The notes under the pieces are model-generated. The model did no database searches and was not told the DNA's origin. It was given only the letters and a program-made list of their open reading frames with translations. A stretch of DNA of 61,079 bases, filler included, from Catajapyx aquilonaris (Eukaryota): the NCBI GenBank assembly GCA_000934665.2. It is 3 parts of 3 records of this genome, joined end to end, with 100 filler letters (N's around TTAATTAATTAA, not from the genome) between each part and the next. Parts side by side here need not be neighbours in the genome. Positions count along the whole stretch, not along the records: positions 40,509 to 61,079 come from JYFJ02006328.1; 2 more parts are not named here. One strand, written 5' to 3'. Position numbers and translations under genes: made by a program. Of the stretch, positions 48,894 to 61,079 are shown one piece after another. How positions within the stretch are numbered: the stretch's first letter is position 1; the number at the start of each line of letters is the position of its first letter.

Positions 48894-51592
48894 GATTATA
48901 TTCTCCACAAAAGTGCAGTGATCAACTAATGTTACAACGTCAAGCAAACGTCAATATGACGGAATGGTCGGGAAAGTGGTTGTTCCCAGCAGCCATTTCC
49001 CAGCAGTCCATCAGACAAAGAGATATTCTGATACCAACCCGAATAAACCCCCAATCTGACAAGTCAGGCGAGAAAGAGTGAAGCGCGCTAAGGTGATAAC
49101 ATATCTCACTTCTCCTAGCAACCCAACAGGCTTCGACACCCAGGCCATCAGGTGATAGTTTCAAGGGTCGCTTTTGACGTCAAGCGTACCTTTCATCAGA
49201 TTACGACCCTTTCTCACAATCAGCCCTTACCATATACTCCATCCATTCCTCGTACACTATTTTTGGACGTATTCATGCAGATATTTGGAGATTTTTGGTT
49301 TACATCAGAAAACTGGCATGTACCGTAGGCCTAAAGTTTTACTTTAATCCTAACCTGCATTATTTTCCGCGAAATTTAAAATCTCCGTCTCCGAGAACAA
49401 TCCCAATTATACCATGGCTGCCACAGTGTCAGGATGTGATCCCGATGTTTTATTGATTCATTTGCGAACACCGGAAGCCATATTTCCTTCTGCCTTTTTT
49501 CTTTTCTTTCCATCCATATAGCGTGTTGCAGTTTCGTTTCATATTCATTATTTTGTAGGTAAGCCCAACTGTGGCGAATCTCACTTAACTCCTAGCAACC
49601 CATCAGATTGAGACACATGCGACTAAAACATCTGCATGGTCATCAGGTGATGGATTCCAAGGTTCGGATTTGAAGTGCCTGATGGATAAGGGCAGATGTA
49701 CATTTCATCAGATTATAATATGATTCTCTTTATTACGTGTCCTTGATCTTTGTAAGGCCAGGTACATCCTGCCTATTTTATTTAACATACCGGTACTTAT
49801 AATTTATTTTAAACGGCTTTTTCATTTTACAGGTTAATAAACAATATCTGATAATAAGTACAGTGCATTGTTAACAGTAACCCGGAAGTATCATCAGTTT
49901 TCTTTGCCACCATCTGAAATAATGTGAAGTGACAATTATTTTGCTGTATAAGTTACGGCTCGAGTCCGCATTGATGTTACAACTCCAGTCGATGTGGCCT
50001 GGAATGATTTATGCAGGATTAATCGCTTGTACTATAGGAATCGTGTAACCTTGGCCTCGTAAGCTGTAACTTCTTTCTCAAATATGTGAAAGCGTACTTG
50101 ACGGTTTCTTCAGCAGGCCTTTTGGGAGTATTTTAAAAGAAATTATTACAGAATAAATTGTTGGCTTTCGGGAGATATTTCAAGTCACTATAGAAAAAGA
50201 AAGCTTCAGATGTAAATTTCCCCTTGAAAACCCAAGCAACAGTATATTGCTAACCCACATTTTGCATACAGAAATGACGAAGTGGTTACATTTTGATTTA
50301 ATTGTGCAAAACACATGCGGAGAATATTACAAAAGTACCTGCATTATTGTGGCAGCAACAAAAGGTGTGTTTTGGTAGAGATTGGCGTTTATTATTTTGT
50401 ATCTCCAGATTTATTAATGTTACATGCACCCAACAGAAAGGAAATGTCTGTGTAATAAAATTACAGCTATGCAAAATAATATGCCATGTTGTCATGGCAT
50501 TATAAGCGAACGGGACAATAAATCCCGCTAAAATGGATCATATTTTAATACACGGAATCCCCCCTTGATAAATTTTGATAAATAACTTACAAACACGCAA
50601 GGGATGAATTTTTATGACTGACAAATGCGAAGGAAGAAATTCCTGGTATTACCACTCAAAAAAGTTACACCGCTAAATTTTTTAAATGGTTCAAGTATTG
50701 CGAATCAAACTACGAGTATTTCATATAATATTATTATAAGTAATGCCAGTAATGCCTCAATTTCGGCCAGATTTGATGGTATATGAAACAGATCTGGCAA
50801 AAATTATGTCCCATTTTACTAAGCAGATGGCATTGATTTTTTAAAAATTGCAGATGACCAACCATCGTTGCATTCTAGGCTTCTTTGGGGTCGCAGGCAT
50901 ATACGTATATCCCAGTGACCTTTAACCACATCCCAATATGAACAAGTGTAAAAATGTAGATAAAGTCTTGGAGTACCGTACTTGGTTTTTTTTTGTGGAA
51001 TAAAAGGTTTACATGGTTGCTTTATCCGAGCTGATATCATTATCCCAGAGCTGATATCATTATGCTCTCTGGAACTCATCCCAGAAGCAACAACTGAGGG
51101 CGGCGAAGAGAATATTTATGCTTCAGTCGAGAGTATCCCTAGGATCATCAAAATTGACATTAAAATATGATGCTTAATATCTGGGACGAATAAAGTGCTG
51201 GGAGCGGAAGAGGTGGAAACTCATTCCGAAAGTTGGGTGTCAGTAACATACTGGTCTCATCTAATATTTTTAAAAAAGATGGATGAATGATAGCATAATA
51301 CTAACGAATAAGTGAGAACAATAATAATATGCTGGACTGTTATTATTTTGTTATTGGTTATAAATGGAAATCCTGCAGAGAGATTATAAAGAAGCTGATG
51401 CCTAGCAGAGAAACCACATCATTATTGCCATTTGCAAACTTCGATATCAGCACCAGAATCAACAACAACAAATAACAACAGGTGTCATTACAATAGCCAC
51501 AGTTGTAATAGTTAAATATTGGTAATTGAGCAGGCTTGTCCTTCACGCATGAAGCTTACCCAAGATGACTTTTACTTCCCCGTTTTACACAG

Positions 51593-51820
51593 ACATCGGC
51601 TTCTTACAATGCAAATATCCCGCCACGTGTGAAGTCAGCCTTGGAAATGGCTAAGTCAGGCGCTGGTGAAAGTCCCGTCTTCATCACCAACCCTTACACC
51701 ATTGTCAGCAAGGGCAGAGAAAGCGCGAAGAATGTTGCAGGAGCTTTGGAAACCCTAGAGTGGCGGGCTGACCTGGACTTCGCACAGCTCCAGGAGGACC
51801 TAGGCACACTTGCAGTGTGA
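51593..51820 (+). CDS. Possible terminal exon of an unidentified gene
   Basis: Polypyrimidine tract and 'ttttacacag|' acceptor, then 75 codons of protein-like sequence (TSASYNANIPPRVKSALEM...LQEDLGTLAV*), GC-richer than the flanks. No upstream exon identified. Confidence 0.3.
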   Translation, partial: TSASYNANIPPRVKSALEMAKSGAGESPVFITNPYTIVSKGRESAKNVAGALETLEWRADLDFAQLQEDLGTLAV

Positions 51821-52309
51821 CACCGATCCTACACCAAACGTAAACTCCAAATTGTTTCAGTGCCTCATTATTTCCTTCATTGCAATGAGTGCGTAATTAT
51901 TATTATTTTTTGGCAGAACCTGCGGCTGGGAGATAATGCATCTCTTCAGCCAACATCTGTCTGACATGTTTTGCTATCATAGGCTCCATTGATGACCTCA
52001 TTTCTTTCTGAATCTTTCATGTTGCCATTTTATACTTAATCTCACAGTGTAAAATATTAATTAAATAACTGAAAACAAAAAGTCCAAACTAACCGAAATA
52101 CAAAATAAGGCCTTTCGCCAATAGACATTGTCCCGAGATTCAATCCTCTGCTGTTACGCTTGCATTCACCCATTTTCTTCATTGAACAAAACAGGTCTTG
52201 CAGCAGAAAAATCACAGAGTTTAAACATTTCACTCTACTTTCCAAAGTATGACCTTTGTTATTTATACCCGTTTTTTCCTATGCAAATTCCAACATTACA
52301 ACTCATGAC

Positions 52310-52540
52310 GGGGAGACGGAGTGGCGCCGCGGTAACGCGTGCGCCCACGGAAGTTAAGGTACCGGGTTCAATCCCCACCCGGGGTTCCCACCATCTTTCG
52401 TGCAGAGTGAGACCGTCTCTGGCTTCGTTTCGGGTGGCGATCCTTCCACATATGCCACCCGGGGGAGTTCACAAAACGGCACATCAACGACATTGCACAC
52501 GCACTTTGCACATCCCCTCCTACCTACCCTTGGAACACAC
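52310..52540 (+). mobile_element. tRNA-derived SINE
   Basis: 'gtggcgccgcggtaacgcg...gggttcaatcccc' A/B-box head; body shared with about 56480-56705 ('ccacccgggggag.tcacaaaa...cgacattgcac'); absent from the duplicated copy at about 57995. Confidence 0.65.
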
Positions 52541-53040
52541 TAAATACTATCTTAGTATACCGGTTCCACCCAAATGGTGGTATTCCACCCCCCTAAAGGA
52601 AATGTAACTCCCAATGGGGTAATGCAAAAAAAAAAAAAACATTACAACTCATGAAGTAGCCTACTAATTATCTTCATTTCTGTACATAATTCTGGTCCAT
52701 AATCTAAATCTGGCATCTAAATATGTCATAAACTGCCAAAAAATTTCTCGCAACAAAACTTATCATTGGTCACTCTAATTGCTCTCACAAGAAATTAGGT
52801 TGTGACCTTATTCCAAGACTGTACCCTTAACTTAAAAACGGTACAGTAATGGCCACGTGGAATGTTTGGACTTTGGAGTATTGTAGCTGGACGGAAAGTA
52901 AGCCTCAGTTCAGCAAGTTCTGCCAAATGAATCACCGATAAGTACATGGAAATAACAGAAAATTATGACGACACGAAAACCATCCACCTTACAATAATCC
53001 CGGTGACCTTTAATTCCGGATTGGGACAGCCCTGCACCAA

Positions 53041-55657
53041 TCATGCCTTGAAAGTTCGCACGACCCTCACGACAACCCGCCTGCAAATTGGGCAAGTGTC
53101 CATTTCCATCCCGCAAGTCAGACACGTCGCAAGGTGTCCGCACTCCAGCAGCACACAGTCCACTGGGGCTGCCATGCAGATCTTGCAGGCCTCTTCGTCC
53201 GGCAGGGGGTCCAAGGCTGCTGTGGCCATCATCTGCTCGGCAGACTAAAGAGTAAGTGAAAATTTATTTCAACAGTTAATCTCTATTAATTATTTCTATT
53301 TCCCAACACACACGCAGCAAGATAATGAAGGCCATTTTTTCTGATTATTTTCGATGACTGCGGCTGTTGTGAACAACCAGATTGAGCATGCGGACCCATG
53401 CACTGGAGGTGAAGAATGCCAATATGCCATGCATTGTACTTGGCGACTGTAGAGTAGAAAGCATGCAGAATAAAAGTGGTGTTTGTTGTGATGCCTATTA
53501 TAGATTCAGTTGAATCCGGATGTAACAGACTTCAAGGAACCACGGAAATCAGTATGTTATAAATAACCAAGGTCTGTCATAGCCGAATACAGAGGCACCG
53601 TAATACCATATGTTGTGATTCGTCTTTCAATTTGCCAGATAATTCCTATTTAGAACAAGAAGCATTTTCTTAATCAAAAGTATAACTTATTAATGTTATT
53701 ATTTTCCCTCACTATGAGTTGAGAATGGGCATGATAAGAAAAGTCATGACTTGTTTAAATTAATGTAAACGTAAATTTGAAATTAATCCTGGTTGAAACA
53801 AAAAAAAGGGGTTTTTCCAACCCTGCTATTACGTAATATTTTGGTCGTGCCATAAATTCTCCCTCTTTTTGTACATTGTACTGGTTTAAGATAACCTCCT
53901 TTTTTCTCTCTCCCATTTTCCTTGCGCCGGGTCTTACATGCGCCTGCCTTGTTTCAGTGCTTTCATTCCGCCACGGAGGTCTTACTACCCTTTTTTTCAC
54001 TGAAGGGAATGTTTTTGATCTAATTTAAAATATGTTTCTTATGCTCGACTTGAAATCCTGTAATAGGAAAAATCTTAATCATGAATTTCAGCTGAACAGT
54101 TACACTATCAAAACATTGATAAGTACATATCTCATATATATATCTCATGCTCTTTAATTTCTGCTTTAGTTACCGCAGTACCACTCCGCCTCCCCTTTTG
54201 GTTTAGTTGTCTTTTCATAATATTAACTGTTCAAAAAAAATGAAGCAAAAATAGCTGCATTTGCCGCCATTTTTCCTAGATGGCGGTCGTAATAGGTAGC
54301 TAAAATCATGGCGACAAGTTGATTTTGCAACTTCTTATTGTCCTTAACAACTTGCCACAAACACATCAAAATTATCATAAAAATTACAGCGGAACAAAAT
54401 TATTGAAGAATTCTTCCCGCACTAATCCAGGCGAAGGTAGTAATGGACATTGTCCGCTCGATTCTGCCTGAACGGTTACAGTTATCATAATATTGATAGA
54501 GTAGGCTACTCTTCGATGCAATATATAATTCTTCCAGTCATGTTTAATGTCTATTTATTTTTCAGAAAATGAACTGTTAAAAAGATAAAACAGAGAAACC
54601 TGTTTTTCCCGCCAGGTGGGAAATGGCGACAAGTCGATTTCGAAACTTCTCATTATGCTTAACAACTTCCCACAAACAGATCAAAACACGCAATATGAGC
54701 GAAAACTGATTTTTTGACCAAATCAGCCCGGACTATAACCCTGGAATGCGTGGTGACCCCCATGTCAATGCATTTTCAGCAATTTCAGTAACAAAAACCC
54801 GGCCTATGTGGCCATGTAGAGTACTTGTACTACGACCGCTCCTGCACCTCGGGTCGATGCCAGTGAGCTTCAGCGGAGAAAATTTTAACTTACTCTTGCC
54901 TTTCTGAGGGGTGTCCCACAGCGGACAGGAGAGACAACACCTTTCTACATCCACCTTGACCACCACCAACATACACGACACAATGTGTGAGCCAACCGAC
55001 TCAATGCGTTTGCTAACATTTGGGTGGTCTCCCGACCCACAGATCCTGCAATTTCCTTTACAAGTTCAATTATATCTCAACCACTCTTATTCATAGATAC
55101 TAAACTGATAAGGTCCAATTAATTATCGAAGTATGCCCAAATAAATACCTCCAGAAGCTGGATGACATCAACATGTTTCATCTCCTTTGCAAGGTGAAAG
55201 GGCGTCTTCCCTTCCTCATCTCTGGCCGTCTTGTCTGCTCCCTTGGAGAGGAGGAACCAAACCAGTTCTAGTCGGTTCCACCTTGCCGCACAGTGGAGTG
55301 GGGTCACATCCCACAATCCCTTGTCCTCCAGCCCTGCCCCTTCCTCCAGGAGTAACTCCACGATCTGGACGTGGCCTCTGTCTGAAGTGAAGTGGATGGG
55401 CTGGTCCCCAAGGTTGCTCTTTGCCTGCACATCCGCCCCTTCCCTGATCAGTGTCTGGCACGTGCACAGGTGTCTTCCATATGCTGCCAGGTGGAGGGGT
55501 GTCCTGCCCCAAAGGTCTCCCTGGTTGACAGGCCATCCTTCACCCAGCAGGTATGCGACCACCTCCTCCCTTCCTCTCCATGCAGCAAGGTGCAATCCAC
55601 TCCACCCCTTTGCATCCTTCACCTCCACATACTCCTCCCCGTCATCCTCATGCACCT
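53041..55657 (-). CDS. Ankyrin-repeat plus C-terminal C3HC4 RING (IAP/RNF34-type) protein, 5' end unresolved
   Basis: ANK exon about 55657-55149 (donor GAG|gtattt, phase 0) is paralogous to 45445-44873. RING exon 53244-53041 (ctttag|TCT, phase 0) encodes 'CKICM....CVLLECGH..TC..C.....CPICR...RTFKA*'. Confidence 0.75.
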
Positions 55658-56479
55658 CTACCAGTACCAGTAAGAAGCTAATTAGTGCAGTTGAACGCAT
55701 GCAACATGTGGCAATAAAATCATTCGTCCCTATTGTGTTGTCGTACAGTACACACCCTAAATTTTTAACAATGCCTGTTGACGACACCTGATTATTTAAA
55801 TTTAATTTATGGCATAATGATCATTTTCATGACAAGGTCTCGTTATTAAGAATTGACCGAATGTTTCAAAAATGCAATCCTTATATTCATCAAATCATGA
55901 TTGCACATTGATTTTTACGCTTCATTTTCCTCCAGACTACCGTTCCTTAATTTGTCAGTTACAATCATTGCAGATTGTGATGAAGCCAAAATTATGGGCA
56001 ATAATAAAATTCCTGCGAAACAGAAGTTTTGCATTCAATCTCTGTCAACCACGATGATTTGCATACTTGATGTGGTATGTTTATACCTGCTAATACATAG
56101 GCCCTATTGGAAGCAATCACCCTGCATCTTCAAGTAATTTCTGCACAAGCTTCGACATAAATAGTAGTCAGCAGGAGACCATCAATTATGGCACAATTTG
56201 TGCCTTTGCCAAACCTTTCTTGAAATCTGCGGTGGAATATTTCAGTGGTAATTGCATGCAAAATTGTTGCACTGTATGATCTTTGTTATTTACACCCATT
56301 CTTATCTATGCAAATCCCAAAATTATAATGGACCTCATGAAATACTACCTTCATTTCTGCACATAATTCTGGTCTGTCTGGATGCAAATGGTGGTCATTC
56401 CCAGCAAATGTTGTGATTCCATTTCCTTTCTTGCGTATGTGGTTAGATCAGTTCAAATATTTCTTTGCGATATAAAGAG

Positions 56480-56705
56480 GGAAGGCGAAGTGGAGCTGCG
56501 GTAACGTATGTGCCCACGGATGGAAGGGTCCCGGATTCGATACCAAGCCCGGGCATTCCCCCCTTTCATCTCATGCGGAGTTCGGGGTCGTCTCCGGCTT
56601 CGTCTAGGGTGGGATTTCCGATAGACGAACCACCCGGGGGAGCTCACAAAATGACCATATCGCCGACATTGCACTGCACATCCCCTCCCAGTCACCCTGC
56701 CCTTT
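56480..56705 (+). mobile_element. tRNA-derived SINE, same family as 52310
   Basis: 'gtggagctgcggtaacg...ggattcgatacc' head and shared body. Confidence 0.6.
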
Positions 56706-58967
56706 GACCTGGGCTCTTCGTTGTCAAACTAAATGTACACGTTGACAAAATAAAGGTCTGTGTCAAAACCTCATCTGAGGCACGGCACTATACCCAATTA
56801 ATTATTATTATTATTCATGTTAAGGTTATGAAAGAAATGCCGGGTCAAGTAGCTAGTGGGACACTCCGTACAATTCATGATGGTGGTGGTTGGTGCAGTA
56901 GAATCACCAACTGAGAAGGGTGCCAGATGAATTTGCTGAAATAGTCATACTTCGTCATAATTAAATTAATTTTGGAGTAATGCAAAGTGGCAGGCGAGTC
57001 ACAGAAAAGTATTAATATATTCCTCGGAAAGTACAACGATTTGAAGAAAGTCTTCTGGCATAGTTCTCAACATTGTTATTTCGTATATTTTAACTTGTTT
57101 CATAATTATAATTACATAATTATTAGTTGTCAAGTAGTACTCGGATTTTCGTCTTTTACAGCGATCTTTTTGGAAATCAATTTACGGACTTATAGCCAAG
57201 GAAAATTGTTTCCAAAACATGCATTGTGCAGAGCATGAATGTAAGAGTATAACTGTTTTCATTTGTAAAATATCTCGTCCTTATTTGCAAGTGGAACGGA
57301 AGAGAAAAGAATCTAGGCGATGGAGGTATAGCTGGTACCCGGGCGACTGGGGCTGAAGGGGTTAACTGCTCTTGGTTTAGCCTCTTTTACACGGCGGTTG
57401 CTGTTGTAAAGGGCTACTCGGCACTGAAATACCATAAATCGCCATAAGTAGGTATAATGCTCTTTGCAATCAACTGACCTCGATTGATTGTCATCAGGTT
57501 TTTTATTTGGCACTTGTTTTGCATCAAAAACTATAAATTTCCACCCGTTGGACTCACGGCTTGTTGCATGAGTGACGGTGAATCCTGAACAAGCGGTTGA
57601 TCCACATGATTTAATTACACTTGTTATGGATTTACCATGCATAAATGAAGCCTGTCATGACAACACAGGAACATCACCCGCACAATTACAACCTTGACCT
57701 CATTTCTTGGTCAATCTTTCATGTTGCCACTTTATACTTAATCTCACAGTGTAAAATAAATTAAATAACTGAAAACAAAAACTCCATATAAACAGAATAG
57801 AAAATAGGTCCTTTCGCCGATACACTTTGTCCCGAGATCCAATCATCTGCTGTTACGCTTGTATCCACCCATTTTCTTCATTGAACAAAACAGGTCTTGC
57901 AGCAGAAAAGGGCAGTTTAAACATTTCATTCCACTTCCCAAAGTATGACCTTTGTTAATTATACCCGTTTTTACCTATGCAAAATCCAACATTACAATGT
58001 ACTATATCACTCAAAAACATAAGAGACGATTTTGCATATTATGACTCATAATGTGCAGCCTGCACTAGAATCAATTGCAAAATGATCTATGTTTTTGAGG
58101 GATATAGTACCTCGTGAACTCCTAATTATCTTAATTTCTTCACATAATTAATTCTGGCCCATATTCTAAATATGGCATCAATCTTTGGAGCTACAATTTA
58201 CAGAAAGGAGCTTTTTCCTTGGCCCTCTCATCACATGTTCAACGCTAGCGGTACACATTTTCCGTGGATGTCACACTGATACCATTTAATACCGAAGGGC
58301 AACTTGAAGGATTTATTTCATCACGATTGGCAGTAGCTACTTGTTTAATGTTGATTATCACCATCATCACCATCACTACATTTCCCTATAAGGGGTATAG
58401 TCAGCGATGACGGGAGTCGCAAACTAACCCAAAATATGAACTAAAATAAAACTTGTAAAAATAAACCTCTTTATTTATTAAATATATTAATTAATTATTT
58501 ATTTATCTAAATATATTAATCAATTATTTATTTAAATATATTAATTATTTATTTATTTAATGTTGATAAGTGCAATTATTCCACTCGCATTGCAATTCCT
58601 GTATTGTACTGGAAATTTATGTGTCATTGAGCCACAACAATACCCAACTTTTACAGCGACGCATGGTGAAATCCTTGAAGACGACCTTTCACGTTGCCTA
58701 TTGCGGAATTAATTCACGCTGGACCAATCCCAGCCTGTTACGTCACGTTTGAATCACATTTTTACCCACTTCAGAAAACAGACGACACAGGAGATGTTGT
58801 TAAATAATTTTTTGCGTGCAGAGCCAGTTCCACATGATTACACACCTTGATGACCATAAGTTTTCCTAAAGCAAGTGTCACTCCACTGGAGAAAACATGA
58901 ACACCATCCACCTTACAAATTTAATCCCGGCGACCTTCAATTCCGGATTGGGACAGCCCTGCACCAA

Positions 58968-59171
58968 TCATGCCTTGAAAGTTCGCACGACCCTCAAGAC
59001 AACCCGCCTGCAAATTGGGCAAATGGCCATTTCCTTCCCGCAAGTCAGACACGTCACAAGGTGTCCTCACTCCAGCAGCACACAGTCCACTGGGGCGGCC
59101 ATGCAGACCTTGCAGGCCTCTTCGTCCGGCAGGGGGTCCAAGGCTTGTGTGGCCATCATCTGCTTGCCAGG
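58968..59171 (-). pseudogene. Duplicated RING terminal exon with an in-frame TGA
   Basis: 204-nt copy of 53244-53041 with an intact acceptor. The Cys codon of 'LECGH' (TGC) is TGA at 59067-59069. Confidence 0.75.
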
Positions 59172-60983
59172 CTAAAGAGGAAGTGCCAATTTATTACACC
59201 ACTTAATCACTATTAATTACTGTCTATTTCCCAGCACACATGCAGTAAGATAATGATTCCATTCAGTTCGATGACTGCGGCTGTTGTGAACGGCCAGATT
59301 GAACACACAGACCCATGCACTGGAGGTGAAGAATGCCATGCATTGTACTTGACGACTATAGATTGGAAAGAAAAATAAAAGTACTTGCAAGCGCCTGAAT
59401 TCACCAATGCCAAGTGTGCAAGAGCTCCGACCAGTCTGTCTTGGCAGTCCGGATGTAACAGACTTCAAGGAACCGTGGAAATCAGTCTGTTATAATATTA
59501 TAACCAAGGTCTGTCGTAGCTGAATACAGAGGCCGCAAAATACCATCTTTTGTGATTCGGCTTTCAATTTGCCAGATAATTCTAATTTTGTGCAAGATGC
59601 ATTCTCTTAATCAAAAGTATAACTCATTATTTTCCCTCACTATGAGTTGAGAATGATAAGAAAAGTCACGACTGTTTAAATTAATTTAAATGTAAATTTG
59701 AAATTAAACCTGGTTTAAACAAAAAAATGGGTCTTTTCCAACCCTGCTAGTTACGTCGTATTTTGGTCGTGGCTTAAATTCTCCCCTGCCCTCTTTTTGT
59801 ACATTTTACTGGTTTAAGATTTCTCCTTTTTTCTCTCTCCCACTTTCCTTGCTGGGTAATTCCAGGGCAAGACGCCCCTAGGACAACACCCTTCTTTTTG
59901 TGAATTAAATTTGATGAAACTTGGCAACATGGTTACCTGAAAATCAATATTTCAATAATACCGGACAGGATAAGCATGATCATAAAATATTTTTTAAATG
60001 CTGAAATTACCCATTAGTGTTTAGTTTCTCATGAAAAACTGCATGGCGTTATCTCTACTCCTTAAAAAATTAAATAAATAAAATCCTTCCCTTATTTTCT
60101 AACGGAATGAAAAATGTACATGTACTCTGATATGTGCTTTACGAATTATTGGATGCTGATAGTTCAATCAGATTTAATATCACTTTCTCCTTGTTACCAC
60201 AACGAGTTATCTGTGATGATACTTTGACATTGTAATGACATGTTAATCCAATGCCAGATTAGCTAGTATCCTGTTTCAGTTTGACTTCACTGAAGGACAC
60301 CCTGTCATTTCTAATAAACTTGTGTTATTATTGAAACAATAAAACCACATTTAATCTGCTGTATTTCAAGTAGGATTGCCTCACTCCTCATCATCCCATT
60401 ATTACGCCATTCTTGGTACGAAAATGTTTGCAATGACATTTCCTCGGACTTTCGTTGCAAAGAAATATTATGTCGATAATAAGCGAAAGCAAGATTACAA
60501 ATAGGGAAAGAGAGTGATTGTTCACTTTTCCAGCACTCAGTGTGAAAATAAGCGGCCATAACTTTGTAATAACCACCCCCAAGATATTGGCTTTTGTAGC
60601 AAAATGCTGCCATGCATTTTTCTGTAACTTTGATAGGGGTGAATATTGCTGTAATATGCACCACAGGTCCACAGCCCAGTTGCAAGCTAAAAATGTAGAA
60701 GGAGGCATCGGAAAACTGGCAGCCATTTCGAATTCGAGGTGGTGGACCTAAGGTAAACTTGTAGGAAGTGGTAACAAGTGAAATGGTAATCTCCATGTCT
60801 GAATTAACAAAGTTAGGCGATGAAACTTTTAAGGCCTGAAAGTGCAGGCCAGCTCAATAGGATCTGCTGGCCTCTACTGCAGTAAGATGTGAGGGTTCTT
60901 CTATTTTCCTTTACAAGTTCTGTTATATCTCAACTACAGTTATTCATAGGAACTGGACTGATAATGCCAAAATTATTGAAGGA

Positions 60984-61079
60984 CTAGCAGGATACCCGGC
61001 GTTGCTCGGGTTATGAAAGACTTTTCCATAGGAGTGACTCATTGATTTGGTAGTAACCTTTGCAATAATTATGGCTATA
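60984..61079 (-). mobile_element. 3' end of a Helitron (same family as the copies ending at 42294 and 43519), continuing beyond the window
   Basis: Reverse complement of about 42200-42294, including the hairpin and the CTAG|T terminus. Confidence 0.85.

Larger units (their letters stand above)
51990..59852. repeat. Tandem segmental duplication: about 51990-53925 is a direct repeat of about 57695-59852
   Basis: Collinear blocks such as 'atctttcatgttgcca..ttatacttaatctcacagtgtaaaata', the RING exon and 'ccggatgtaacagacttcaaggaacc', interrupted by copy-specific insertions. Confidence 0.9.

Noticed and set aside
47883..48921. Plus-strand ORFs over the ankyrin exon (also 44940-45738, 46453-47389 and 55187-55791)
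   Set aside because: Antisense shadows of GC-rich coding exons with no recognisable motifs.
52310..52385. Functional tRNA genes here and at about 15965-16035 and 56485-56550
   Set aside because: Cloverleaf stems are broken and each continues into a non-tRNA body, as expected for SINE heads.
60311..60796. 161-aa minus-strand ORF
   Set aside because: No recognisable domain; it lies within the inferred ANK-RING intron and is absent from the paralogous intron.

Overview
Eukaryotic, intron-rich and TE-rich DNA. It looks arthropod, probably crustacean, but that is an inference from gene and repeat content. It is not one locus: two 100-nt N gaps, each with a central TTAATTAATTAA all-frame-stop linker, join three segments (1-20154, 20255-40408, 40509-61079), so adjacency across the gaps means nothing. 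Segment 1 holds a cystatin cluster: a 5'-partial multicystatin of about 11 domains with degenerate reactive loops and a Pro/Arg-rich insert, a secreted 2-domain cystatin and a secreted 1-domain cystatin, plus a single-exon LRR gene with a BC-box-like N-terminus. Segment 2 is mostly nested DNA transposons/MITEs plus a TDRD7/tapas-like LOTUS-Tudor gene with an unusual Met-rich first exon and a 1-nt frameshift. Segment 3 is the most interesting. It has a phase-consistent spliced gene for about 10 ankyrin repeats, an intact PERK/PKR-type eIF2-alpha kinase domain and about 6 more ankyrin repeats, next to tandem ANK-RING paralog units and bracketed by Helitrons. Several non-coding stretches read as chains of G:U-containing hairpins; I have not tested these statistically. 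All gene models were spliced by eye from GT/AG sites and reading frame, and no database search was run.
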